This document shows, piece by piece, positions 9,036 through 19,182 of a stretch of 64,000 nt of DNA. The position numbers and the translations under genes were made by a program. The DNA is from a bacterium. GTDB taxonomy: Bacteria; Electryoneota; Electryoneia; Electryoneales; Electryoneaceae. Location: positions 480,001 to 544,000 of the forward strand of contig CAXXKJ010000002.1 in the NCBI GenBank assembly GCA_963675295.2, given 5' to 3'. Each line of letters starts with the position of its first letter. Position 1 is the first letter of the stretch. The notes under the pieces were generated by a model. That model did not search any database. It was given only the letters and a program-made list of their open reading frames with translations, and was not told the origin of the DNA.

Positions 9036-11393
9036 ATGAAGTGGTGGATGAAGGGGACCCTGGTCATCATGCTGATGCTGGGCATGATGCTGATGTTTGG
9101 TGGTTGTGGTGAAGAAGGCGATGACGATAACGGCGCGGGTCCGGCGCCGGAACCGCCGTACGACACCAAGTTGGTGCAGGGTATTGTTGATATACCGGAT
9201 AGTCTAGGTATCGATTTGGGCGAATTGGACGCGGTTGGCTTCGCCGGGCAGGGTGAAGTTGGCAACGACGGCGCGGTTCAGGTGAATGTTGTCGACGAGA
9301 CCGATGGTCCGATGATGTTCTTCCTGATGCACGCGCAAGACGCGTTCCCGGTGCTGATCGGTCTGTTGGAAGATCCGAACGGGGAGATCGAGTTCAGCTT
9401 GGAGACAACGGTTGTCGCCCTGGGTTTGATGAACCCGAACCTGCTGGGCACCTCGGTTGCTGAACGTGAAGAATATGTGGCGGCGCTGCGTGCGAATCCG
9501 GACTTTCCGGCAGCGGTGATGCTGTTGGCGAACACCTTAATGGCGGACGGCGTCAACGCATTGAATTTCGAAGACAACCCGGAAGTGTACCAGACGCTCG
9601 CGATGTTGATGAAGAGCACGATGGAACAGATGGGCCAGGCGGCGACGGTGCAGGAGTTGGATGAGCCGATCCGTCCGGATGTCTACGGTGGCGGCGACGG
9701 CATTGTCTATGTCATGAACGCCTCCTTCACCCATTACGGTGGTGGGTTGTATGACAACGCGGATACGTGGCAGGCGACGTACCCGATCGAACGCAAGCCG
9801 GAAGAGATCGCGTACTGGGGTTGGCCGCCGGTGATGTCGTCCGGCGTGATGACGACTGAGTTCACGCTTCAGGACGGCACGTATCGTCTGACGCTCGAAC
9901 GCGGCCCGGACTTCAGCAACATTTCGGATCAGAACAGTCCGGCGGGTGTGGGTACGTTGAAGAACAGCAGCAACATCATCCTGTCGATTGTCGACCTGAT
10001 GGTTGGTGAGTTGCCGTTGTACCCGGAAGACCTGGAATTGATCAGCCGCTTGTCGGTGAGCCAGGCGCAGACGGCCGCGTTGACGGTTGGTATCACGCAG
10101 GCGGATGAATCGGGCACGTTGCTCGGCTTCCTCGACATCGTCAACAGCAACAGCGGCAATGTGGCTGACTGGATGTGGAACGGTGCGGCTTCGGTGGCTG
10201 CGAATGTGTATCTCGATGTGGCGTCGACGGTGATGGGCAATGTGACGCTGGTTTACAAGCTGATGGCGGTCAGCAATGCGTGCGGGCCGTTCGTGTATGA
10301 CCTCGTCTACGGTCCGGAGCAGGTGACGTTCCTGTTCACGATGGAAAATGGTGAGTTGGTGGGCATCGAAGAGGATAATCCTCCGGTAGCGTCGTTCACC
10401 GTCAGTCCGCCGGCGGGTGTTGTCGACACCGAGTTCACGCTCGACGCGAGCATGTCGGCGGATGATATCGACGAATTCACCGACCTCGAGTTCCGTTGGG
10501 ACTTCAACGGTGACGGCTCGTTTGACACGGCGTGGTCGAACGAATACATGACGACGACGTCGTATTCGGAAACGGGTTCGTACGACGTGGTGCTGGAAGT
10601 TCGTGACACCGGCGGCCAGATCGGTCAGGCGGGTGGCGTGATCAATGTCGGCGGTGGTGCCGGCTCGGCGACGCATATCAAGCTATTCCGTGATGGGTTG
10701 CCGTGGGGCAGCAGCGCGATGGATAACATGCTGCAGAGCCTTGGCTTCACCGAGGGTACAGGCGAATACCAGTACGAAATCCTGTCGTCCGACATGATGG
10801 GTACCGCGCCGTTGGTGCCTGGCGAGGATCTGGTGATTATTTCGAACGACCAGGCGACATACTTCTACCAGAATTACGCCGCGAACATGACGCGTTTCAA
10901 CAACTTCGTCTACATGGGCGGATCGTTGTTCTGGGAAGCGTGTGATGAGGGTTGGGCTGGCGGTAGCATGTTGGAAGCGGGAGTTATTCTTCCGGGCAAC
11001 GTTGGCTACGCGTACAACTACGACAACTACAACTACGTCGTGAATCCGCTGTTGCCGTTGGTGGCAGGCCTGCCGGAAGTTCTTGATCACAACTATGCGA
11101 GTCATGAGGGATTCGTAGACTTGGTTCTTGGTACAACGGTTTACTGCATGGATGGGCTGGAGAATCCGACACTGATCGAGTACAGCCTTGGTGGTGGATG
11201 GGTACTGATGTCGGGTCAGCCATTGGAACACCAGTATGATCACAACTACGGTGTGAGCGATGATATGAACCAGCTACTCCCACGCATTGTCGCCTACTTT
11301 ACTGGGACGGCACTGCCGGAAACGCTGCCGAACGCGATGCCGCAACCGGGGACGATGCAGTCGTCCGCCTCGCAGGACGTGTCGGCGCGGTAA
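9036..11393 (+). CDS. Lipoprotein with PKD domain
   Basis: GGAGG RBS, lipobox FGG-C, PKD-like segment PPVASF...LDASMS...FRWDFNGDG...GSYDVVLEVRD; very acidic. Confidence 0.85.
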   Translation: MKWWMKGTLVIMLMLGMMLMFGGCGEEGDDDNGAGPAPEPPYDTKLVQGIVDIPDSLGIDLGELDAVGFAGQGEVGNDGAVQVNVVDETDGPMMFFLMHAQDAFPVLIGLLEDPNGEIEFSLETTVVALGLMNPNLLGTSVAEREEYVAALRANPDFPAAVMLLANTLMADGVNALNFEDNPEVYQTLAMLMKSTMEQMGQAATVQELDEPIRPDVYGGGDGIVYVMNASFTHYGGGLYDNADTWQATYPIERKPEEIAYWGWPPVMSSGVMTTEFTLQDGTYRLTLERGPDFSNISDQNSPAGVGTLKNSSNIILSIVDLMVGELPLYPEDLELISRLSVSQAQTAALTVGITQADESGTLLGFLDIVNSNSGNVADWMWNGAASVAANVYLDVASTVMGNVTLVYKLMAVSNACGPFVYDLVYGPEQVTFLFTMENGELVGIEEDNPPVASFTVSPPAGVVDTEFTLDASMSADDIDEFTDLEFRWDFNGDGSFDTAWSNEYMTTTSYSETGSYDVVLEVRDTGGQIGQAGGVINVGGGAGSATHIKLFRDGLPWGSSAMDNMLQSLGFTEGTGEYQYEILSSDMMGTAPLVPGEDLVIISNDQATYFYQNYAANMTRFNNFVYMGGSLFWEACDEGWAGGSMLEAGVILPGNVGYAYNYDNYNYVVNPLLPLVAGLPEVLDHNYASHEGFVDLVLGTTVYCMDGLENPTLIEYSLGGGWVLMSGQPLEHQYDHNYGVSDDMNQLLPRIVAYFTGTALPETLPNAMPQPGTMQSSASQDVSAR

Positions 11394-11431
11394 CCGCACT
11401 ATCGCAGGTTCGCCTGCAACAGCATGATCTC

Positions 11432-11456
11432 AAGCCCGGTCTTCGGACCGGGCTTT
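11432..11456 (+). terminator. Intrinsic terminator
   Basis: AAGCCCGGTC-TTCG-GACCGGGCTTT hairpin after the lipoprotein gene. Confidence 0.75.
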
Positions 11457-11618
11457 CTGTCTCTCGGGTGGTGGATATCCAAAAAATGCCACCGGGGTGT
11501 GGGTTGCGGCTCTTGACCTCGCCCCCTCTCTATGCGCATTCTCCAAGACCCCAACCAGATCATGATTCCGGGTTGATTCAGATAGCCCTCGAACCTGCTC
11601 GAAGAAAGGAAAAGTGGA

Positions 11619-12779
11619 ATGGAACAGACCGACATGTTCCTGACGGAAGAGCAGCAGATGCTGCGTCAGATGGTTCGTGAGTTCGCGGAGAATGAAGTTG
11701 CCCCGTTGGCCGAGACGATCGATGCGGAGGAGCGTTTCCCGCATGAGACGATCGAAAAGATGGCGGAGCTCGGCCTGTTGGGTGTCTGCTACCCGGAGGA
11801 ATATGGCGGTGCGGGCATGGACAATCTCTCCTACATCATCGCGGTGGAGGAGTTGAGCCGGGTGTGTGCGTCCACGGGCATCACGTTGGCGGCGCACATT
11901 TCGCTCGGCGTGGGCCCGATCAGCCTGTTTGGTACAGAAGAGCAGAAGCAGAAGTTCATGCCGGCGCTGTGTTCCGGTGAAAAGCTGGGCGCGTTTGGCC
12001 TGACGGAACCGAATGCCGGGTCGGATGCCGGCGGCACCGAGACGACGGCCGTGCTTGATGGTGACGAATGGGTGTTGAACGGCTCGAAGATTTATTGCAC
12101 GAACGGTTCAGTCGCGGGGACGATTGTCTGCACGGCGGTGACGGACCGTGACAAGGGCAGCCACGGCATCAGCAGCTTCATTGTGGAATCGGACAACCCG
12201 GGCTTCCGTGTCGGGAAGAAGGAAAAGAAGCTTGGCATCCGCGCCTCGGACACGGTGATGGTGCATTTTGAAGATTGCCGCATTCCGAAGGACAACATCC
12301 TCGGCACACCGGGCGAAGGGTTCAAGCAGTTCCTGATCACGTTGGACGGTGGCCGGATCAGCATTGGCGCGATGGCGCTCGGGATTGCCCAGGGCGCGAT
12401 GGAGCGCGCGGTGCAGTACAGCCAGGAACGTGTCCAGTTCGGTAAGCCGATCGCGGCGTTCCAGTCGATCCAGCACAAGCTGGCGAACATGGCGACCGAG
12501 ATCGAGGCCGCGCGTCACCTGGTGTATCACGCCTCCCGTCTCAAGGACAAGGGCATGAAGTTCAGCCGTCAGTCGGCGATGGCGAAGCTGTTCGCCAGTG
12601 AAGTGGCGACACGTACGGCGAACGAAGCGATCCAGGTGCACGGTGGGTATGGGTATGTGCGTGAGTATCATGTCGAGCGGATGTTCCGTGACGCCAAGCT
12701 GACCGAGATCGGCGAAGGCACCAGCGAGATTCAGCGGCTGGTGATCGCGCGGTCGTTGATGGACAGCTTCGGGAAGTAG
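11619..12779 (+). CDS. Acyl-CoA dehydrogenase (short-chain/butyryl-CoA type)
   Basis: GAFGLTEPNAGSDA, ERVQFGKPI, QVHGGYGY, IGEGTSEIQR family motifs; 386 aa. Confidence 0.95.
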   Translation: MEQTDMFLTEEQQMLRQMVREFAENEVAPLAETIDAEERFPHETIEKMAELGLLGVCYPEEYGGAGMDNLSYIIAVEELSRVCASTGITLAAHISLGVGPISLFGTEEQKQKFMPALCSGEKLGAFGLTEPNAGSDAGGTETTAVLDGDEWVLNGSKIYCTNGSVAGTIVCTAVTDRDKGSHGISSFIVESDNPGFRVGKKEKKLGIRASDTVMVHFEDCRIPKDNILGTPGEGFKQFLITLDGGRISIGAMALGIAQGAMERAVQYSQERVQFGKPIAAFQSIQHKLANMATEIEAARHLVYHASRLKDKGMKFSRQSAMAKLFASEVATRTANEAIQVHGGYGYVREYHVERMFRDAKLTEIGEGTSEIQRLVIARSLMDSFGK

Positions 12780-12871
12780 GCGGTTGTGTTCGCCGGGCTT
12801 TGAAGCAAGTCAATCGGTACCCGCACCCCTCATCTGGTGCGGGTGCTTTTTCTCGGGGATGATGCTCGCTG

Positions 12872-13405
12872 ATGTTACCTCCGGTACACACGCAGCGGAT
12901 GACGTTGGTCCCGTCCACGGCGGATCTGGTGGACGCCGAACTGCTCGGCGCGCCGGTGTTGGCGCGTGAGCTGGGGGTGAAGGTCTCGCCGGATTGGCCG
13001 CCGGACGACATGCACGCGGTGCTGGAGTTTTTCGCGAACCAGTTGCGGTACAACCCGAACCAGGAGGGGTGGCGCGGGTGGTACTGGATCGCGAACGATC
13101 TGCCGGTCCCGGAATTGATCGGGAACGGCGGGTTCAAGGGCCCGCCCGACCCGTTGGGCCAGGTCGAGATCGGGTACGAGGTGCTGGACCCATTTCGTGG
13201 GCGCGGGTACGCGACGGAGGCGGTGCGGGCGATGGTACGTTGGGCGTTGGACCTGGCGGACGTGGACACCGTTGTCGCCGAGTGCTTGCCGGACAACGTC
13301 GCGTCGCAACGGGTGCTGAGCAAGGCCGGCTTCGTCGAAATCGGCGACGGGCTGGAAGAAGGCACGCGGCTGTGGCGATGGCGGGGGTTCGGAGTCGATC
13401 AGTAA
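12872..13405 (+). CDS. GNAT N-acetyltransferase, RimJ/RimL type
   Basis: VEIGY...FRGRGYATEA...DNVASQRVLSKAGF motifs. Confidence 0.9.
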   Translation: MLPPVHTQRMTLVPSTADLVDAELLGAPVLARELGVKVSPDWPPDDMHAVLEFFANQLRYNPNQEGWRGWYWIANDLPVPELIGNGGFKGPPDPLGQVEIGYEVLDPFRGRGYATEAVRAMVRWALDLADVDTVVAECLPDNVASQRVLSKAGFVEIGDGLEEGTRLWRWRGFGVDQ

Positions 13406-13454
13406 CTGAAGTACAGAGTCGAAGGTCGAAAGATCAGCGACGAGGGACGCCAAC

Positions 13455-14000
13455 ATGATCAAACAGCCAGAGATGTATCGTGATTTTCCGCTGCGGGTGG
13501 TGCTGTACCGTGCGCCGCTGCTGCTGGTGACGTTGTCGCTGGGTGGGGTGGTGGCGTATGGACTGGGCTGGATCGCGTTGACGGGGTACGTCGTGTATGC
13601 GCTGATCGCGATCCTGTGGACGATGCGGAACGCCTGCCGTCACTGCGGCTATCACGGCAAACGCTGCGACCTCGGGGTGAGCCTGGTGGCATCCCTGCTG
13701 CATCCGGTACGTGGGAACGCGAAACAGTTCAAGCCGGGTGTGAAGGTGGCGTTATGGCTGCTCGGCGGACTGCTGGCGATCCCGTTGCTGCTGGGCATCG
13801 CGGAACTGGTGCTGATCGGGGTGGGGGTGTTCTGCCGGAATGTGGACGGCGCGGTGATCTGCCCGGCGGCGCTGTGGTTCATGCTGTACGTGACGGCGGT
13901 GGTCGCGACGATCTGGACGACGGTGCTGTCCTGCCCCCACTGCCAGATGCGGAGCGTCTGCCCCTTGAGTTTCTACCGGCCGAAACAGCTCCCGGTTTGA
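13455..14000 (+). CDS. Membrane protein with two Cys clusters
   Basis: About 4 hydrophobic helices; CRHCGYHGKRC and CPHCQMRSVCP; GAGGGA RBS. Confidence 0.75.
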   Translation: MIKQPEMYRDFPLRVVLYRAPLLLVTLSLGGVVAYGLGWIALTGYVVYALIAILWTMRNACRHCGYHGKRCDLGVSLVASLLHPVRGNAKQFKPGVKVALWLLGGLLAIPLLLGIAELVLIGVGVFCRNVDGAVICPAALWFMLYVTAVVATIWTTVLSCPHCQMRSVCPLSFYRPKQLPV

Positions 14001-14008
14001 AGAGAAAA

Positions 14009-14030
14009 CCCGGCTCGAAATCGAGCCGGG
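14009..14030. terminator. Hairpin between convergent genes
   Basis: CCCGGCTCGA-AA-TCGAGCCGGG preceded by AAAA (T tract on minus strand). Confidence 0.6.
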
Positions 14031-14062
14031 CATGATAATGTTGCTCCCACCGGTTGTAAGCA

Positions 14063-14233
14063 TCAGTTACTTAAACTGATGGTATGCTGACGGAAATGGT
14101 CAAGCGCAAGCGCCACAATTTCCGATTTAGTCCTCTCAGTGCGAAGTGCGTAATCTTCCAACCATGTATCGAGATCGGACGGAAGTAGCACAACAACACC
14201 AGGAAGGACTCCAGTCAGCAAGAATTGCTCCAT
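14063..14233 (-). CDS. Small ribbon-helix-helix (CopG-like) protein
   Basis: GGAGG RBS before ATG 14233; VVVLLPSDLDTWLEDYALRTERTKSEIVALALDHF fits the RHH strand-helix-helix pattern. Confidence 0.55.
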   Translation of the reverse strand: MEQFLLTGVLPGVVVLLPSDLDTWLEDYALRTERTKSEIVALALDHFRQHTISLSN

Positions 14234-14768
14234 TGGAGCAACCTCCTTTCTGGAGGACCCAGAAATCTGGTGCCATGGGTTGCATGAAATGAGCAAGTAC
14301 CCCATATTGGCACCTGTGTATAGATCGCCGGATCCTTCCGGTTAAAAGCCTCAGTGGTTGGCAACAACTGCTGGGGCTTCTCCATTTTCCGATGGGAGCA
14401 ATTGAGAAGGCTGTACCAGCAGTGGTCACCAAATTGTCAAGGAGCAATAAATTGAGTCTTTCTGAGGCAATTGTCGATATGACTCGACCCCAAGACGCCG
14501 GACAAGGTAGACGGTCGCTTCTTACTTGTCAAGCTCGATCTGGTGGTGAACTATTTTCTCCAAGCAGCAGATCGTGAGGTTCAGATTAGAAACATGCACT
14601 AGATATTGTTTATCTGCTTGATTAATCTGGAGATCGTGATTCCTACCTGTTTCGGCAATGTGAGGATGCCTCCAAATTCCTCACAACCTGGCACCGTCTT
14701 AAGCAAGAAGTAAGAGGACGTTCGGAGGGGAGGCCTGATCCGTCTCCACAACTCCGGTTCGGGGTGCC

Positions 14769-15209
14769 TTACACCCGAAAATGCTTCGACAACGCCAACC
14801 CCTGAGACTGATAATGAGAACCTGAGCCACCATACAATGATTCAGGGATTTCGCTGTTCCGTTGGAAGTTTAGCCGGAAGAACCGTTGGCCGTGTGTGAC
14901 CTGAAAAGGCACGTCATGGCTTCGTACTTCAAGCACTACGCGGGCCCCGCGGGGCTGAGCCCAGCCGAACCCACTGTCAAAAAATCCGGCATAATGAGTG
15001 CGTAGCTCTCCACTGGCCGTATCGTACGGAACCATCTCCGCCGACAGCTCCGGAGGCACCGCGACCCGCTGCGCGGAGGCGAACAAATAAAACTCCTCCG
15101 GCTCCAGAATCAGGGGACGTTCGCCCGGTGCTTCGACCGGTTCCCAGAAGTCGCGCATGTCATAACGGCCGATCCCGGCGAGATCGATTACCTCGCTGTG
15201 ACGTTGCGC
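14769..15209 (-). pseudogene. dcd: C-terminal fragment of long-type dCTP deaminase (DCD family)
   Basis: AQRHSEVIDL...DFWEP...LEPEEFY...ELRTHYAGFFDSGFG...VLEVRSHDVPF...YQSQGLALSKHF; in-frame TAA at 15231-15233 and no N-terminal half. Confidence 0.75.
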
Positions 15210-15258
15210 GAGATCTTCAACTTCGCCGGATTATCGCGGGTACCAATAATTGACCTGC

Positions 15259-15432
15259 GATAATCCACGACATGAATGTCGTGGGCATGGTCAGTCCTGA
15301 GTCCTGAGACCTGAGACTTGAGTCAAAGACCACAGACCACAGACCACAGACGATAGACCACAGACCTCGTTGCCGACGGTTTACAGCTCACCGATCACAA
15401 GCCCCATAGCCCTAAAGCCTATAGCCCGATAG
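15259..15432. repeat. Palindromic element followed by short tandem repeats
   Basis: GATAATCCACGACATGAATGTCGTGGGCAT (15259-15288), then 7-mers (AGTCCTG/AGACCTG)n and (AGACCAC)n at 15293-15366, and about 8-mers TAGCCC at 15400-15432. Confidence 0.8.
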
Positions 15433-15466
15433 AAAAAGGACAGCCACGTGATCGTGACTGTCCTTT
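15433..15466 (-). terminator. Intrinsic terminator downstream of nifJ
   Basis: AAAAAGGACAGCCACG-TGAT-CGTGACTGTCCTTT. Confidence 0.7.
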
Positions 15467-15487
15467 GGTGTGTCTCAGGTGACTCGG

Positions 15488-15576
15488 GTCCGCGTTTGCA
15501 TCTTTTGCAACACGGGCACGTCCTTCAAGCCGCTTCCACCTCAGCGCGTCCGCGTTTGTAAACAAACACGGGCACG
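15488..15576. repeat. Two CCGCGT...ACACGGGCAC REP-like hairpins
   Basis: GTCCGCGTTTG...AACACGGGCACGT twice; relatives near 19720, 23360, 25230, 28750 and 28915. Confidence 0.7.
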
Positions 15577-15615
15577 TTGTGGTTGACGTCCGAACGCTTT
15601 GTTATCGTCCGAGCG

Positions 15616-18600
15616 TTACTTCTCGTCGCTGAAGTCGAGCTTCGCGAGCTGGTTGTAGTAGCGCATCTTGGCTTCGTTGCTGGCCTGTGCCATGGTTGCG
15701 TACAGCTCGGCGGCTTGCGGATCGGCCTTCTTCAGCATCCGGAAGCGTGTTTCGGCGTCCATGTACTCGGAAACCGGCTGCTTGACCTTGCGGCTGTCGA
15801 GCTGCAGCGGGTTCTTGCCCTCGGACGTGAGCGCCGGGTTGTAGCGGTACAGGATCCAGGAACCGGTATCGACCGCCATCTTCATGTGGTCGTGTCCCTT
15901 TTCCATCGCGATGCCGTGCGCGATACAGGTCGAGTAGGCGATGATGATGGACGGGCCATCCCACGCTTCCGCTTCCTGGAACGCTTTGACGGTCTGCGCG
16001 TCGTTGGCGCCGATCGCGACCTGGGCGACGTAGACGTTACCGTAGGCCATGCCCATCATGCCGAGATCCTTACGCGCGAGGTTCTTGCCGGACATCGCGA
16101 ACTTGGCCACCGCGCCGAGCGGGGTCGCTTTCGAGCACTGGCCGCCGGTATTGGAATAGACGCCGGTGTCGAGGACGAGGATGTTGATGTTGCGTCCCGA
16201 CGCGAGCACGTGGTCGAGACCGCCGTAGCCGATGTCGTACGCCCAACCGTCACCACCAACGCTCCATACGCTCTTCTTGACCAGCGAATCGGCGAGGCTG
16301 ACGAGGTTGCGCGCCCTGGAATCGGTGTTTCCGGCGAGCTTCTCTTTCAGCTTGGCGACACGGTCACGCTGGGCGAAGATGCCTTCTTCCTCGGACTGGT
16401 CGGCGGAGATGATCTCGTTGACGAGGTCGGCGCCGATGGTGTCCTTAAGGGCCATCATCATGTCGCGGGCGGTTTCGGCCTGCTTGTCGATGGTGAGCCG
16501 GAAGCCGAGGCCGAACTCGGCGCAGTCTTCGAACAGGCTGTTGTTCCACGCCGGGCCGCGACCGTCCTTGTTGGTCGTGTACGGTGTGGTCGGCAGGTTG
16601 CCGCCGTAGATGGACGAACAGCCGGTGGCGTTCGCGATCACGGCACGGTCGCCGAACAGCTGGGTCAGCAGCTTGACGTACGGAGTTTCACCGCAACCGG
16701 AACAGGCGCCGCTGTACTCGAACAGCGGTTCGAGGAACTGGATGCCCTTGACGTTCCGCTTGGTGACGGTCCGGTCCGGCATCGGCAGATCGTTGAGGAA
16801 GAAGTCGTAGTTCTTGCGTTCCTGGTCACGAACCGGCAGCTGCGGGATCATCTCGAGCGCCTTTTTGCCGGACTTCTTGTCGGCGGCCGGGCAATATTCG
16901 GCGCACCACATGCAGCCGGTGCAGTCTTCCGCGGCGACCTGGATCGTGTACTTCATGCCCTCGCCGTATTCCTTGCCCTTGTAGTCGCAGGACTTGAAGC
17001 CGTTCGGCGCGTCCGCAAGCTTCGCGGCGTCGTATACCTTGGCACGGATGGCGCTGTGCGGGCAAATCAGGACGCACTTACCGCACTGGATGCAGATATC
17101 CTCATCCCATTCCGGGATTTCGAGGGCGATGTTGCGTTTTTCGTACTGCGTGGTTCCGGTCGGGAAGGTACCGTCGATCGGCATCGCGGACACCGGGAGA
17201 TCGTCACCCTTCTGGGCGATCATCACGCCGAGGACATCCTTGACGTAATCCGGCGCGTAATCCGGCACGACCGGCGCGCGGTCGAGTGTGCTGGTGACCT
17301 TGTCCGGGACCTTGACTTCGTGCAGGTTGGCGACGGATGCGTCAATCGCCTTGTAGTTCATCTGCACGATCTGCTCACCCTTCTTGCCGTAGGTCTTCTT
17401 CGCGGCGTCCTTGATTGCCTGGATCGCTTCGGCGGGCGGCAGAATGCCGGAAATGTAGAAGAAGCAAGTCTGCATGATGGTGTTGATGCGCTGGCCCATG
17501 CCGACGTCCTTCGCGACCTTGTAGGCGTCGGTCACGTAGAACTTCATCTTCTTGTTGACCAGCTGTTCCTGCACCGGCTTCGGCAGGTGATCCCAGACCT
17601 CGTCCGGACCCCACTGGCAGTTCAGCAGGAAGGTGGCGCCTTCCTGGGCATCCGCGAGCATTTCATACTTCTCGAGGAACACCTGCTGGTGGCAGGCGAT
17701 GAACTGCGGATCGTTGATCAGGTAGATCGACTTGATCGGACGCGGGCCGAAGCGCAGGTGGCTGGTGGTAATCGCGCCGGACTTCTTCGAGTCGTAGACG
17801 AAGTAGCCCTGGGCGAAGTTTTCGGTGCCCTCGCCGATGATCTTGATGCTGTTCTTGTTCGCACCGACGGTACCGTCCGCGCCGAGACCGTAAAACTTGC
17901 CACGGAAGACATCATCCGCTTCAACGCTGAAGCCCGGATCGTAATCGAGCGACAGGTTGGTGACGTCGTCCTTGATGCCGATGGTGAAGTTGGTCCGCGG
18001 CTTGGCGGCGGCGAGGTTGTCGAAAACGCCCTTGACCATCGCCGGGGTGAATTCCTTGGAGGAGAGGCCGTAACGGCCGCCGACGATCACCGGACGCTGC
18101 TTGAGCGTGGTGATTTCTTCGCGGTAGCCCGCGTCGATGGCGTGGACGACGTCCATGTAGAGCGGCTCGCCGCCGGCACCCGGCTCCTTGGTGCGGTCGA
18201 GCACGGCGATCTTCTGCACGGTGTCCGGCAAAGCCTTGAGGAAGGCTTCCACCGGGAACGGGCGGTAGAGGCGGACGTTCAGGACGCCGACCTTTTCACC
18301 CTGAGCCTGCAGGTATTCGACAGTTTCGATCGCGGTCTGGACGGCGGAACCCATCAGCACGACGACTTTTTCGGCATCTTCCGGGCCGAAGTATTCGACC
18401 AGGCTGTACTTGCGTCCGACGAGCTTGGTGAACTCGTCCATGGTTTCCTGCACGATGCCCGGGACGGCGGTGTAGTACTTGTTCGCGGATTCGCGGGCCT
18501 GGAAGAAGACATCCGGGTTCTGGCTCGATCCACGCAGGACCGGCTTGTCCGGGTTGAGAGCGCGTTCACGATGCGCGATCACGAGGTCGTCGGTGATCAT

Positions 18601-19182
18601 CTGGCGCATCACGTCTTCGCTGAGCGGCTCAATTTTCTGGACTTCGTGCGAGGTGCGGAAGCCGTCGAAGAAGTGCACGAACGGGACGCGTGCCTTGAGC
18701 GACGCGGCCTGGGAGATCAGCGCCATGTCCATGACTTCCTGCACGCTGTTCGATCCGAGCAGCGCCCAGCCGGTGGAGCGGACGGCGTTGATGTCGCTGT
18801 GGTCGCCGAAGATGGACAGGGCGTGCGTCGCGACGGTTCGCGCGGAGACGTGGAAGACGGTGCTGGTCAGTTCGCCGGCGATCTTGAACATCGTCGGGAT
18901 CATCAGCAGCAAGCCCTGAGAAGCGGTGAAGGTGGTTGTCAGCGACCCGGTCTGCAGGGCGCCGTGCACCGCGGCGGATGCGCCACCCTCAGACTGCATT
19001 TCCTGGACGCGGGTGATCGAACCCCAGAGGTTTTTAATGCCTTTTGCCATCCACTCGTCGGCCCACTCGCCCATGTTGGAGGACGGTGTGATCGGATAGA
19101 TCGCAGCGATCTCGTTGGTTCGATAGGCAACGTATGCGGCGGCTTCGTTGCCGTCGATGGTAACGTACCGTTTGTCGGCCAT
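15616..19182 (-). CDS. nifJ: Pyruvate:ferredoxin (flavodoxin) oxidoreductase
   Basis: IDGNEAAA, YPITPSS, MQSEGGA, two ferredoxin motifs, GACSGCGETPY, GGDGWAYDIG TPP motif; GAGGAG RBS before ATG 19182. Confidence 0.97.
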   Translation of the reverse strand: MADKRYVTIDGNEAAAYVAYRTNEIAAIYPITPSSNMGEWADEWMAKGIKNLWGSITRVQEMQSEGGASAAVHGALQTGSLTTTFTASQGLLLMIPTMFKIAGELTSTVFHVSARTVATHALSIFGDHSDINAVRSTGWALLGSNSVQEVMDMALISQAASLKARVPFVHFFDGFRTSHEVQKIEPLSEDVMRQMITDDLVIAHRERALNPDKPVLRGSSQNPDVFFQARESANKYYTAVPGIVQETMDEFTKLVGRKYSLVEYFGPEDAEKVVVLMGSAVQTAIETVEYLQAQGEKVGVLNVRLYRPFPVEAFLKALPDTVQKIAVLDRTKEPGAGGEPLYMDVVHAIDAGYREEITTLKQRPVIVGGRYGLSSKEFTPAMVKGVFDNLAAAKPRTNFTIGIKDDVTNLSLDYDPGFSVEADDVFRGKFYGLGADGTVGANKNSIKIIGEGTENFAQGYFVYDSKKSGAITTSHLRFGPRPIKSIYLINDPQFIACHQQVFLEKYEMLADAQEGATFLLNCQWGPDEVWDHLPKPVQEQLVNKKMKFYVTDAYKVAKDVGMGQRINTIMQTCFFYISGILPPAEAIQAIKDAAKKTYGKKGEQIVQMNYKAIDASVANLHEVKVPDKVTSTLDRAPVVPDYAPDYVKDVLGVMIAQKGDDLPVSAMPIDGTFPTGTTQYEKRNIALEIPEWDEDICIQCGKCVLICPHSAIRAKVYDAAKLADAPNGFKSCDYKGKEYGEGMKYTIQVAAEDCTGCMWCAEYCPAADKKSGKKALEMIPQLPVRDQERKNYDFFLNDLPMPDRTVTKRNVKGIQFLEPLFEYSGACSGCGETPYVKLLTQLFGDRAVIANATGCSSIYGGNLPTTPYTTNKDGRGPAWNNSLFEDCAEFGLGFRLTIDKQAETARDMMMALKDTIGADLVNEIISADQSEEEGIFAQRDRVAKLKEKLAGNTDSRARNLVSLADSLVKKSVWSVGGDGWAYDIGYGGLDHVLASGRNINILVLDTGVYSNTGGQCSKATPLGAVAKFAMSGKNLARKDLGMMGMAYGNVYVAQVAIGANDAQTVKAFQEAEAWDGPSIIIAYSTCIAHGIAMEKGHDHMKMAVDTGSWILYRYNPALTSEGKNPLQLDSRKVKQPVSEYMDAETRFRMLKKADPQAAELYATMAQASNEAKMRYYNQLAKLDFSDEK

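Noticed and set aside
14769-15158. Anti-phage dCTP deaminase
   Set aside because: Motifs are those of the dUTPase-fold DCD family, not the zinc-dependent defence deaminases, and the gene is truncated
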